From contig CAZTCH010000002.1 of assembly GCA_964612745.1 (NCBI GenBank), forward strand, positions 1,009 to 65,008: a DNA stretch of 64,000 nucleotides, read 5' to 3'. The notes under the pieces are model-generated. The model saw nothing but the letters and a program-made list of their open reading frames with translations. It had not been told where the DNA came from and made no database searches. The first letter of the stretch is position 1. Every line of letters starts with the position of its first letter. Made by a program: the position numbers and the translations under genes. Positions 28,277 to 38,235 of the stretch are shown here, piece by piece. This DNA is from an uncultured Candidatus Saccharibacteria bacterium (lineage in GTDB: Bacteria > Patescibacteriota > Doudnabacteria > UBA920).

Positions 28277-29224
28277 TTATATTTTTCGTATCGCTCGAAG
28301 CTTGGCAGAGAGTGAGCGACTATTTCGCTCTTGTTCTCCTACTCCGGCAATAATTGGTTTTTTCGTTATACTTTGCGCAGCTGGAGTTTGACCACACTGG
28401 CAAATAGGGAAATCTTTCGGGCAAATACACCCAGTTGTTGCTGCTTTAAAAAATTGTTTAACTATCCTGTCTTCGAGTGAATGGAATGTTACGACTGCCA
28501 GCACCCCACCTGGTGCAAGAATATCGAGCGCTGCAGGTAAAAACGCTTCAAGGTTTTCTAGTTCAGCATTGACTGCAATGCGCAGCGCTTGAAATATGCG
28601 CCGGACAGAGTCTTGGGCTCGGAACCGAACCCGCGCTGGAACCCCTTTGGTAATCGCTTCTACCAACTGCGGCGTGCGGGTAATGGCTTCTCCTGCTCGC
28701 TGCTGTACAATTTGTTTGGCAATGAGTGGAGCGTATCGTTCTTCACTGTAGTGTTTAAACAGGTGCGCCAACTCAGCTTCGGTAGATTCAGCCAGCAAGA
28801 ATGCTGCAGTAGGTTTACCGGACGACTGGTCAAAGCGCATGTCCAACGGTTCGTCCCGCTGGAAGCTAATGCCTCTCCCTGACTGGTCGAGTTCGTAACT
28901 GGACAAGCCAATGTCTGCCACAATCCCCTGTACCGGACCAAAGTCGTGACTGTGCGCCACATGCCCAATTTGGGAAAAGTTGCTATGCACCAACACCAAC
29001 CGATCTTGCGCACTCCCCGAAAGAGTCTGCTTTGCATGAGCCAGTGCGTCATGGTCAAGGTCTAGTGCCAGCACTCGCCCACTTGGAGCTGTGCGAGCAA
29101 GCAATGCCTCGGTATAACCACCGCCACCGAGCGTAGCATCAACAAACTGTTGTGCAGGCTGTGGGTCGAGTAGTTCTAACACTTCTTCTAAAAGAACAGG
29201 AATGTGATGGTAATCTTGAGTCAT
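28277..29224 (-). CDS. rsmH: 16S rRNA m4C1402 methyltransferase
   Basis: HIPVLLEE, DATLGGG, PLDMR, FQALRIAVN, FHSLEDR, SAKLR. Confidence 0.97.
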   Translation of the reverse strand: MTQDYHHIPVLLEEVLELLDPQPAQQFVDATLGGGGYTEALLARTAPSGRVLALDLDHDALAHAKQTLSGSAQDRLVLVHSNFSQIGHVAHSHDFGPVQGIVADIGLSSYELDQSGRGISFQRDEPLDMRFDQSSGKPTAAFLLAESTEAELAHLFKHYSEERYAPLIAKQIVQQRAGEAITRTPQLVEAITKGVPARVRFRAQDSVRRIFQALRIAVNAELENLEAFLPAALDILAPGGVLAVVTFHSLEDRIVKQFFKAATTGCICPKDFPICQCGQTPAAQSITKKPIIAGVGEQERNSRSLSAKLRAIRKI

Positions 29225-29313
29225 AGTACATGTAATCAGAGAAGCATATAAGCAATAAGGGTCTGTCTTTTATTTCAGCGCTTGCATGTTTGTATGCTTG
29301 TTTGTTTACATGG

Positions 29314-29745
29314 CTACACCCCAAGGCTGCCAAGTGCTTCTGCGATAGCAGTGCTTTCTTTTTCTGTTTCTGCTTTGTATGCGGTCCACTTCTCTTCGCT
29401 CCAAAGTTCGATGCGGTTATACAAACCCGCAAACACAACTCGTTTTTGCATACCCCCAAACTCTTTTAAATAGCTCGGGATACCAATGCGACCTTGCTTG
29501 TCTATGTCGCATTCCATAGCACCCGCCAACATGAGCCTGGAAAAAGCTCTTGTATTTGCAGTAGAAATTGGGAGACTCGCTAACTTCTCTGCCATGATTT
29601 TCCATTCTTGGCTGGGGTACAAAAACAACGAATTGTCTAAACCGCGGGTAATAACCACTTTACCTTCTAAAGACGCACGAAACTTGGTAGGCACTGCTAC
29701 CCTACCTTTTTCATCTATGGAAGCTTCGTATTCGCCAATAAACAT
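29314..29745 (-). CDS. mraZ: Division/cell wall cluster repressor MraZ
   Basis: MFIGEY..IDEKGR.. and DKQGRI duplicated AbrB-like motifs. Confidence 0.97.
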   Translation of the reverse strand: MFIGEYEASIDEKGRVAVPTKFRASLEGKVVITRGLDNSLFLYPSQEWKIMAEKLASLPISTANTRAFSRLMLAGAMECDIDKQGRIGIPSYLKEFGGMQKRVVFAGLYNRIELWSEEKWTAYKAETEKESTAIAEALGSLGV

Positions 29746-29838
29746 GTACGGGTTATTCTTTGGTGCGCTTATTTCTACAGATTTCTCTGCAGAATAGAGG
29801 TGGTTTTTGAAAGCAAATGGTAGGTGTTGGTAAGTTAT

Positions 29839-29885
29839 CCACTCTTTGAACCACTTATCCCCACTTTTATCCACTTTCTACCACT
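29839..29885 (-). promoter_or_regulatory. MraZ binding repeats
   Basis: GTGG (CCAC on +) at 29851, 29861, 29871 and 29881 with exact 10-bp period, plus 29839, upstream of mraZ. Confidence 0.85.
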
Positions 29886-30195
29886 ACAAATCCAGTATAC
29901 CCCACAAAAACCCTCAGGGTCAAAGGTTTCACACCAACAAAAAACCGCTCTCTTGAGCGGTAATTTAACAGTCAGAATAAAGTACTTCACATTATCCCCA
30001 CCCCTTGGTAAGTTATGGTATTTTGGTTTTCACCTGACTCACTCTCGGACTGGGATTCCTGTTTATTTGGTTCTGTTACGACAGCTTATCCACCAATAGT
30101 TTTATGAAGTAGACCAAAAAAACTTCACATTATCCCCATCTGGTTGTGCAACCATAATACTGGTATAATATTATCAATTACGATACCCTACAAAT

Positions 30196-30456
30196 ATGGC
30201 CATCTCACAATTCGACAACAAGCAAGAGCTTACCCAATCCGACGTTGAAGGGTTTCTTTTGGTCTTAAATAATGGCGACAAGGCCGCTTTGGACAAGATT
30301 ATTGAACGCTGGGATTTTAAGGATGCAACAAGCTTCCTTAGATTTGTCATGGCTGTGATGCTTAAGGCAGAAAACAACAAACTATTTTTCGAGGTCCAAG
30401 GGATTCAAACCGGTGCCACTCCTAGCGATGACCTTTTAACACCTAAAAACATCTAA
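30196..30456 (+). CDS. Hypothetical protein
   Basis: 86-aa ORF, TATAAT-like motif upstream, coupled to the next ORF. Confidence 0.65.
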   Translation: MAISQFDNKQELTQSDVEGFLLVLNNGDKAALDKIIERWDFKDATSFLRFVMAVMLKAENNKLFFEVQGIQTGATPSDDLLTPKNI

Positions 30457-30462
30457 CGCTCT

Positions 30463-30813
30463 ATGGCCACCCCCCCTAAAACTACCTACGAACCTGAAGC
30501 ACAATTTGATACCGACAAACAACTGAAGCTAGACAACGTTCACGATGTGATTCAGCATCCTGATAAGTTTGCGCAAGTATTCGTTAGCGCAGCAAATACT
30601 CAAGTCAAAATCAAGCAACTAATTAGGAAAGAAATAAAAGAAAGCCTAACTTTAGACCCCGATTTAATTAAGCATGTCAAAGGTTTAATTAAAGATCAGT
30701 TTAAGGAAGATTGGCGAGCGTTCCTGAAATCTACTGGTGGCAAAATTGCTTTTGGTATATGGACTATTGGACTATTGATATTAGGAGCATGGCTGGGACA
30801 TGTTTGGAAATAA
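30463..30813 (+). CDS. Hypothetical protein with C-terminal TM helix
   Basis: 116-aa ORF followed by a hairpin terminator at 30813-30836. Confidence 0.65.
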   Translation: MATPPKTTYEPEAQFDTDKQLKLDNVHDVIQHPDKFAQVFVSAANTQVKIKQLIRKEIKESLTLDPDLIKHVKGLIKDQFKEDWRAFLKSTGGKIAFGIWTIGLLILGAWLGHVWK

Positions 30814-31541
30814 AAAACTGCCGACTGGCGGTTTTTGTTTTATCCACAGGTACGCAGCAAAAAACTAATGTTATAATGTATATAGTAGTTGATTGGGTTC
30901 GTGGTTGTTCCCAAAGCAATGCTCATTTACAAATCATCAATCCATTTCTTTCCCGGCGTAGGTTCTTAAAAACAACCAACGCCACGTTAAGTGGCAATCA
31001 AACATTTTACATATTGTTCAATGTGCATTGCTACCTACGTCGGGTAAGGTATGGATTTTTTCATACCCCACGGTCTGGCCAGGTATCTCATGAGAACCGG
31101 ATTGACATTAAAGCTAGAAATAGCAGAACCTCTTTCCCATGGCCGTAGTCTACCGTGCAAGCAAACGCTTGCCCAACGGTAAGGTTATCTATGCTAAGAA
31201 TTATGGTAAGAAAGCTTTTCCAATGCGGTTTAACCGTAAGAAAAAGCCTACCCCTAAATCTTAGTAGGTAGACCTTATCTTGTTTCAAGCAAAACATCCC
31301 TATCAATTGTACGGGGTGTTTTGTTTTTTTCACCATTTCTGGCAAGGGCTTATAATTACATAGTTACACTCCCTTGTCAAAAACCCTACTATAACAACTT
31401 TAAATTAAATTTTTATGATTTGTTTCGGTGTGGCAGTACCTACATGTAGGTTACCACACTATGCCGCTACCCACTAGCATACTTATCCACAAATTACTTG
31501 CTATAAAAGGATAAGCGGGCCCCTTGGTAAGTTATGGTATT

Positions 31542-32030
31542 TTACTTTTTTGGTTTGGGGATTTTAAGACTATTTCGCAAGGAAAATGCTGCAATTCCGA
31601 ATGCCACAGAGACGTTGAGTGACTCTTTTTTGCCAAACTGCGGAATTTCTACAAACACGTCACATTGCTTTTGCAGAGCTTTGGGAATCCCAGAGACTTC
31701 TTCCCCCAACACAAGCAAAACAGGCCCTGTAGGCTTGTACAGTTGCAAAGGTGTAGCCTGTAGCCCTTTGGGCAAATTGTTTTCCAGTCCCACCACAACT
31801 AAATGTGGAACATCTCGGCGCAGCTTGCGAATAAGTAGCGTTGCGGACTTGCCGTATCGCCACGACACCAATGTATCTGCACCCAAAGCCACTTTGGAAA
31901 GCTTTTCGTCTGGCGGGTGCCCTGTGTACCCACTCAAGAGCAACTCGGTCACCCCAAACACCTCACTGGTCCTGAAAATAGAACCAACGTTGTGCAGCGA
32001 ACGTATGTTGTGCGCGAGGACGTAGAGCAT
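31542..32030 (-). CDS. TrmH/SpoU family RNA methyltransferase
   Basis: HNIRSLHNVGSIFRT, LGEEVSG, IPQFGKKESLNVSVA. Confidence 0.92.
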   Translation of the reverse strand: MLYVLAHNIRSLHNVGSIFRTSEVFGVTELLLSGYTGHPPDEKLSKVALGADTLVSWRYGKSATLLIRKLRRDVPHLVVVGLENNLPKGLQATPLQLYKPTGPVLLVLGEEVSGIPKALQKQCDVFVEIPQFGKKESLNVSVAFGIAAFSLRNSLKIPKPKK

Positions 32031-32202
32031 AGGACATTAAAGCATACAAACATACAAACATCTAAACACAGGGAGAATTTTTAATTTTTAATTTTTAATT
32101 TTTTTAGAACTAAACTCTAAACTAATCAGTGTGTATCTGGAAAATTGAAAATTGTAAAATTAAAAATTGTCCGCCTGTTTACATGTTTACATGTTTAAAT
32201 GT

Positions 32203-32736
32203 TTAAATGCCTTCCCGCTTCTTCATGTCTTTCCGCACCCAGAAGAGTATTGCGACAAGCGCGAGCCAGTTCAGGCCAAACACCCACGGGTTCGCCCACG
32301 AAAGTCCCCTACCAGCAAACGTAAAGTCGGACAAAGGAAATAAAAATGGAGTACTAAAGAAGTCAGGGTGCGTTGGGATATCCATGAGCACATGCACTCC
32401 CCATGCAACAAGTGGCCACCAGACTACAGACATCTTTTTGTATGCCCGTACTGCGCACACCACCGCAAATACTAGCAAAAACAACACAAAGCTGTGGGTG
32501 TAGTTATAGCTCTGTATGGCCCACGCAAACACCCAATGCTGGGGTACAGGGAAAAACAAACTCGCAGAAAAGCTTGTTTGGGTCAGTAAAAAATAGAGTT
32601 GTACTGGTAAAAACGGAATCACATCTGGCAGCATGCCCACGACCAAACCCCACAAAGCCTTTTTGGGCTTGCCTTCTTTTTGTGCTTTTGGGTAACTAAG
32701 GGCAAAGCCCCAGAGGCCATGAGAAAATACGTCCAT
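32203..32736 (-). CDS. Membrane metal-dependent hydrolase (YdjM-like)
   Basis: SHGLWG, LPD, THS, HVLMDIPTH. Confidence 0.75.
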   Translation of the reverse strand: MDVFSHGLWGFALSYPKAQKEGKPKKALWGLVVGMLPDVIPFLPVQLYFLLTQTSFSASLFFPVPQHWVFAWAIQSYNYTHSFVLFLLVFAVVCAVRAYKKMSVVWWPLVAWGVHVLMDIPTHPDFFSTPFLFPLSDFTFAGRGLSWANPWVFGLNWLALVAILFWVRKDMKKREGI

Positions 32737-32835
32737 GAAAATATGAAGTCGTAACGTCTTAACGTCTTAACGTCTTAACGTCTTAACGCTCAAAGCCTAC
32801 TGTATAGACTTTGAATAACTACTAAGAACTAAGTA

Positions 32836-33222
32836 CTAAGCACTAGCCTGCTGATTTCTTGCGAGGACTTGGCGTACTTTTTCTATGATATTGTCGATAG
32901 ACTGGTCACTTTTGAGCAAATAGTCAGTTCCCCCAGCTTCCATAATCTTAGAAAAAGTTTCCATGTCTGCCATGTTAGTTAGTACCACTGCAGGAATTTG
33001 GGAAGTCTCTGCGTCTGCTTTTATTTCCCACAACACGCCAATGCCATCGAGCTTTGGCATCATAATGTCCAGCAGTGCTACGTCTGGCTTGATTTCTTTT
33101 ATCTTGGCAATGGCTTCTTCGCCGTCGTATGCTGGGTGCACTTCGAAACCAGCTTCGGTAAAACCAGAAACTAAAGACCCGGACAAGAGTTTATCGTCTT
33201 CTGCAATAACAATTTTTGTCAT
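32836..33222 (-). CDS. Single-domain response regulator
   Basis: AEDD, LLDIMMPKLDG, LTN, YLLK. Confidence 0.92.
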   Translation of the reverse strand: MTKIVIAEDDKLLSGSLVSGFTEAGFEVHPAYDGEEAIAKIKEIKPDVALLDIMMPKLDGIGVLWEIKADAETSQIPAVVLTNMADMETFSKIMEAGGTDYLLKSDQSIDNIIEKVRQVLARNQQASA

Positions 33223-33333
33223 ATGTCACATTCACAGATACACAGATACCGCAGATAACACAGATGTACGAAACGCTCATGGGCGCAACATCCGGACAAT
33301 CTACTAAATCGATATACCTGTGATTAGATTAAT

Positions 33334-34995
33334 TTATAAAGGTAAGCTGAAGGAGAAGGTTGTACCCATGTTCTCCCCTGGGCTTTCGGCCCAAATCTGC
33401 CCGCCGTGTGCTTCAATAATACCCTTGGTCACCACCAACCCAAGACCAGTCCCCTTGCGAGCATTGTCCACATTTTTAAGCTGGCGGAACTTGGAGAACA
33501 GCATGGACAAGTCTTCTTTCGGCACACCAACTCCAGAGTCTTTTACCGAAACAATGCCAATCTTCTTCTGTTGGTCTTGTGTAAAGGTAACCATGACCTC
33601 CCCACCATCGGTGTATTTGATGGCGTTTGAAAGCAGGTTTTCCAGCGCTTGGCTTATGCGTATTTTATCACACTTTAAGACAAATTTCTCTGGCAAAGTC
33701 ACCTTAATCTCCAAGTGTTTACTTTCTGCCAAAGCACGAAATGTCTGTACTTGCTCTTGAATAATGGCAACTATGTCGTATTCCTGAATATTCAGGTCAA
33801 ACTTCCCTGCTTCGATTTTCGCCACATCGAGCAAGTCGTTGACCAATTCCAACATATTACGGCTTGCAGCGCCAATGGTAACTGCAGTTTCTTTCACCTT
33901 TTGTTCGTCTGCCTTCCCTGCGCCAACTGCTTTTTCGAGAGATTCACTCGACCAACGCACCGCAGTCAGTGGCGCGCGTAGTTCGTGCACCATCATAGCA
34001 GTAAAGTCTTGACGCACTTTTTCCAAATCTTTTTCGGTGGTAATGTCGTGGAAAACCACAGCGGCACCAAGCTGATCCCCTTGTTGGCTTCGCACTGGAG
34101 TAATAGTCATTTGCAACACGTGATTCCGCAGTTGCACTTCTGGTACCACAATTGGCTCGTGCATCCCCACCGCTTGCTCAATCTTTGTTCGCAAATCCAC
34201 ATGCCCTGCCAACGCGTCCACCACGTCATACATGGTTGCTTGTTGGTCGCCCGTTATTTCCAACAGTTTCCGTACTGCAGGGTTAGACACCAAAATCTGG
34301 TTGCGCATGTCTACCATGAGCACACCATCGGTCATGGAGTTAATAACAGACACCAACTTCCCTTTTTCACTTTCCAGCATGGCTTGCAGTTTGCTTACTG
34401 CAGTGGCTGCTTGGTTGGTAATAGAGTACAAAATAGACGCTTGCGCATCACCATACTGCCCTTTTTCATGCGAGGCAACGGTAATAAGCCCAACTAACTT
34501 GTCGCCAATAACGACTGGTAAGTTAAAGTACGACTGCAGGCTCACCCGCATGTTGTCGTCCAAGATGTTACCAGTCACACTCTCGTCTAGCGCCTCTTGC
34601 TTATACTCTTTATTTAAAATAGTAGATACCGCCAACAGCATCTTGGCTTTTACTTCATCCAAAAATGAATGCGGGACGGTGTTGTTCACATGACACTTAA
34701 AAATAAGTTGGTCACTGTCTTCCTGTACCACCATGTACGACACCGTGTCGTACTCGAGTAGGTTGCCTAAACTACTGGTAATAATTTCTACGGTCTTGCC
34801 TGTGTCCAAGGTGTACCCAATACGTTCGCCAATCTCTTTTAACACCTGAATTTGGTACAGCCGCTGCTGCAGTTCGTGTGCTTGCCCTACCTGCCCTTGC
34901 AATCGCGCTCTGTCTTTTAGGGAATATCGAACAAAGACCGCAATCATTACGGCCAACAAAATAAAATCAATTATAAGAACAAAGTACAGCAGCAT
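33334..34995 (-). CDS. GAF-PAS sensor histidine kinase
   Basis: HELRAPL, NLLSNAIKYT, DSGVG, GTGLGL boxes. Confidence 0.95.
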   Translation of the reverse strand: MLLYFVLIIDFILLAVMIAVFVRYSLKDRARLQGQVGQAHELQQRLYQIQVLKEIGERIGYTLDTGKTVEIITSSLGNLLEYDTVSYMVVQEDSDQLIFKCHVNNTVPHSFLDEVKAKMLLAVSTILNKEYKQEALDESVTGNILDDNMRVSLQSYFNLPVVIGDKLVGLITVASHEKGQYGDAQASILYSITNQAATAVSKLQAMLESEKGKLVSVINSMTDGVLMVDMRNQILVSNPAVRKLLEITGDQQATMYDVVDALAGHVDLRTKIEQAVGMHEPIVVPEVQLRNHVLQMTITPVRSQQGDQLGAAVVFHDITTEKDLEKVRQDFTAMMVHELRAPLTAVRWSSESLEKAVGAGKADEQKVKETAVTIGAASRNMLELVNDLLDVAKIEAGKFDLNIQEYDIVAIIQEQVQTFRALAESKHLEIKVTLPEKFVLKCDKIRISQALENLLSNAIKYTDGGEVMVTFTQDQQKKIGIVSVKDSGVGVPKEDLSMLFSKFRQLKNVDNARKGTGLGLVVTKGIIEAHGGQIWAESPGENMGTTFSFSLPL

Positions 34996-35052
34996 GAACT
35001 ATGCGAAAACCAACATTAGTTGCGCACCACCAGCATGAACAAAAACACAAGC

Positions 35053-35322
35053 CTAGATACTATCGAGGCCTGGGTATTTTTCGAGCAATGTATTCAAGGT
35101 CATTTGAGCGATCTGCCCAGACAAGGTCATATATTCGTTCGCCACACCTTTCAAGACGAGTCGCGGGTCACCGGAAATAGCGGTCACCTCACCAGCATCG
35201 TCAATGGTAAGCCCTGGCACTTTGCGCGCTTTGTCCAACGCAATGTTTGGGCCAAGCATGACCATTTGCTTTTTAATCAAATCGGACAACATTTTCTTGT
35301 AATTGGAAATATCTTCAGTCAT
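35053..35322 (-). CDS. Small hypothetical protein upstream of the kinase
   Basis: 89-aa ORF LIKKQMVMLGPNIAL..ARKVPGL. Confidence 0.75.
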   Translation of the reverse strand: MTEDISNYKKMLSDLIKKQMVMLGPNIALDKARKVPGLTIDDAGEVTAISGDPRLVLKGVANEYMTLSGQIAQMTLNTLLEKYPGLDSI

Positions 35323-35362
35323 ACACTATTGGTTAGTATTACTTGAATTATACCACACAGCG

Positions 35363-36736
35363 CTAGCCACCCCGCTTGAAATCTGCGACACGAAACTCTT
35401 TCATACGTCCAAAGCCCACAGAGTCACGAATAATGTTTCGCGCGAAAAATGCTGGTGCTGGCAAAATAACATCGTCCGCCCTGTTGTAGTTGGGCACACC
35501 CGCAAGTGCGGATCGCATTTGCATGGACTTCGGTGCTATTCCTCCATACTTTGCGTTAATCTTATCGAGCGCTGTCCCGAGCGAACGCTTTTTGTCTACC
35601 GCAGCAAACAAACTGAGCTGGGTCGCAGCAGAAACTGGCACAAGCCCAAAAGCAGTCACCCCAATCCGGTAGATTTGATTTGGCCACTGCCCTGCAGTTT
35701 CCCGAAAGATTGCCGCGCGTGCTGCTCGAAAGATTTCGTTACCTGCATCGACAGGTGCGTCAAACGTTGCTTTCCCACCAGCAAATTGGTAGTCCTTGTC
35801 GGTAATCCACGCGCCAACAGCAGAAGCACCCTGTCCCAGCCCACGCAACCGCCGTGCTACCATTTCGGACAACCGAGACAGTACCCGCTCTGCCACCAAA
35901 GGCTGCTTACGAAATTCCTGTGCCACAGTGTACATATGCCCCACCGAACGCAGTGGTGTTGGCGTGGCGAAACCTTCCTGCCACGAGCCACGTAACTGAC
36001 CCATGGACCACATATGCTGCCCCATAACCGGACCAAACCACTGCCGCAAGTGCGATACTGGACACCGGCGCAAATCTTGCAAAGTACGAATGCCGTACAA
36101 ACCAAGCCTGCGCGCTTGCCTGTTACCAATTCCGGGAATATCGGTTAGGGTAATGTTTTGATACAACCATTCACGGTCTTGTGGTCGTACCACCACTAAG
36201 CCATCTGGCTTTTTCATATCAGACGCTATTTTGGCCACCAACTTGTCTTCGGCTATCCCTACCGAGCACCGCAAGTAGTCTCCCACTTCACGCGTTATCC
36301 GCTGTTTAATCTCTTTCGCTAACGCTTCCGCTTCTGCAAACGGGTCAGCTAACTGCCACTCCATTACGCCTTCCGCAGTCAACACTTTCGTTTTCACGTT
36401 ACAGACTTTGGTAATGTCTAAAAAAGCTTCGTCTATGCTGTACCTATCTACTGCATCGGTGTACTCTTCGAGGAGGCTAATAAACTTCGCGGTATACGTG
36501 CGGTAACGGTCTGGGTTGGTTTTAGTTAATACAATCTGCGGACACAACTTATTTGCTTCCCACACAGGCGTGCCCGTTTTCACGCCCCACCGCTTCGCTT
36601 CTACTGAAGGAGCGATGATGATTCCGCCCAAATGTTCGCACACACCCAAAGGCTTCCCGCGCCACGCCGGATTGTCTTGCTGCTCGCACGACGCAAAGTA
36701 GCTGTTCATGTCGATGTGAAGGACAATAGGTTGCAT
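35363..36736 (-). CDS. dinB: Y-family DNA polymerase IV
   Basis: HIDMNSYFASCEQ, YSIDEAFLD, AKIASDMKKPDG, IPGIG. Confidence 0.92.
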   Translation of the reverse strand: MQPIVLHIDMNSYFASCEQQDNPAWRGKPLGVCEHLGGIIIAPSVEAKRWGVKTGTPVWEANKLCPQIVLTKTNPDRYRTYTAKFISLLEEYTDAVDRYSIDEAFLDITKVCNVKTKVLTAEGVMEWQLADPFAEAEALAKEIKQRITREVGDYLRCSVGIAEDKLVAKIASDMKKPDGLVVVRPQDREWLYQNITLTDIPGIGNRQARRLGLYGIRTLQDLRRCPVSHLRQWFGPVMGQHMWSMGQLRGSWQEGFATPTPLRSVGHMYTVAQEFRKQPLVAERVLSRLSEMVARRLRGLGQGASAVGAWITDKDYQFAGGKATFDAPVDAGNEIFRAARAAIFRETAGQWPNQIYRIGVTAFGLVPVSAATQLSLFAAVDKKRSLGTALDKINAKYGGIAPKSMQMRSALAGVPNYNRADDVILPAPAFFARNIIRDSVGFGRMKEFRVADFKRGG

Positions 36737-36806
36737 AGAAAAATAAATTCCAAATCTCAAGCACCAAATAACAAATAAATTCCAAAATCCAAAGTAAAAA
36801 TCAAAA

Positions 36807-36975
36807 CTCAAAAGTCAAAACGCAAAACTGCAACTCAAAAATGTAACAACTTTTCTTCTACAGGAGCCCTTGATGGGCATCTTCTCACATAATTCTGTTG
36901 AAATATCTGCAGCGTACACAACGCTCGTGGTGCGTTACAAAGTTTTTGTGAGAAGATGCCCATCAAGACATGCTT
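36807..36975. mobile_element. MITE/REPIN-like element with 21-bp inverted repeats
   Basis: CTTGATGGGCATCTTCTCACA 36869-36889 / TGTGAGAAGATGCCCATCAAG 36947-36967; homologous inverted copy at 47971-48140. Confidence 0.75.
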
Positions 36976-37111
36976 TGCACTTTCTATTTCGGATTTGAAA
37001 ATTAGAAATTAAAAATTACCAAGAGCTCTGCTCTTGATAATGGTATACTATCGTCCACCTTTTGGCAAACAAAAAAACACGGGTGACCGTGTTTTGTGTA
37101 AGTACCTATTT

Positions 37112-37486
37112 TTACGCAGCAAGTTCTTTCCGGCGAGCGATGTGGCGCTTGTGGTGGAAAAAGATTATGACCGAAGCAAGCACAACGTACCCAACTGCCA
37201 TGTTCGGGTCCACCAAGACTTTGTACCCTACCAATAACCCTGTTATGAGCACATCACCCAAAAGCTCAAGCACAAGCCAGAGCACCAACACTATGAGTGC
37301 TTCAAGCACCGTAATAGCACCCAACTGGCGCACTGCAAACACAGCTGCTACCCCCACCACCACCCAGTACACTGCGTGAATCAAAAACGAAGTCTCCCAC
37401 GCAGCAAAAGAGTAAAACACCGATTTTGTAACAACCAAAAATGCTGCTAAACCCAACCCATACCCAAACAGTTTTACATAGGTCAT
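37112..37486 (-). CDS. Hypothetical membrane protein
   Basis: Four hydrophobic helices. Confidence 0.7.
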   Translation of the reverse strand: MTYVKLFGYGLGLAAFLVVTKSVFYSFAAWETSFLIHAVYWVVVGVAAVFAVRQLGAITVLEALIVLVLWLVLELLGDVLITGLLVGYKVLVDPNMAVGYVVLASVIIFFHHKRHIARRKELAA

Positions 37487-37513
37487 ATCAGTAGTATTCT
37501 AGAAGCAGAAATC

Positions 37514-37981
37514 TTAGGCAGCTTTCTTTGCCAATGCACGTCGTGTCGGACGGACTGTCTTTGGGCTTGCCACATGTGCGCGTCGACGAATGGTCTTCGT
37601 ACTCGCTGCAGGTAAACTGCTGGACTGCATGTACTCAGTTTCCACTTCCCCACCACCTTGTCGCATTGCCACCACTTCGTCTGTGGTTACACCATGAGAT
37701 GTTTTTGTTCGGCGGAGAATAAAACTCGCCATGCTTTGTGTGGTTCTGTCTTCGTAAATTGCAGCGTACCAGATAAGTCCCAACCAAACACCGTACCATG
37801 CACCAAAAGAAACAGCGACAGCAGTGGTAATAACCCCCAAGGCTTGTGCATACAAACTAGAAATATCTGCACCAAGCAAAAATGCAGCAATAAAGGCAGC
37901 GCGTTGTACCATCAAAAACAACAGCACCCCTAAGACCATAGCAAGAAAAATGTAGAAAGATTTTCTTGTATTTTCGTTCAT
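37514..37981 (-). CDS. Hypothetical membrane protein
   Basis: Two TM helices, basic tail. Confidence 0.7.
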   Translation of the reverse strand: MNENTRKSFYIFLAMVLGVLLFLMVQRAAFIAAFLLGADISSLYAQALGVITTAVAVSFGAWYGVWLGLIWYAAIYEDRTTQSMASFILRRTKTSHGVTTDEVVAMRQGGGEVETEYMQSSSLPAASTKTIRRRAHVASPKTVRPTRRALAKKAA

Positions 37982-38235
37982 GACTTTTGTTTCACTATTA
38001 AAGTTGTAATTTGATTTTATTATACCACATTTTAAAAAACTTAACTCAAAATGCAAAAGTCAAAAGTAAAAACTGCAACTAAAAACTGTAAACTGAGATA
38101 CTTTCTGTAGTTCACAATTTTTGAGTTGCAGTTTTGCGTTTTCAGTTTTGACTTTTTAGTTTCCTTTTTTGACCTAAGCCTTATCCGTAGATATCCGTAG
38201 GTATCCGTAGATTCGTAGGTATCCGTATATCAGCG

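Larger units (their letters stand above)
30001..31543. mobile_element. Candidate 1.5-kb islet bounded by perfect 24-bp direct repeats
   Basis: CCCCTTGGTAAGTTATGGTATTTT at 30001-30024 and 31520-31543. Confidence 0.55.

Noticed and set aside
30086-31491. DnaA-box-like TTATCCACA at 30840 and 31483 (near-match at ~30087) as oriC
   Set aside because: Few, widely spaced boxes, no dnaA/dnaN nearby and no strand-bias switch
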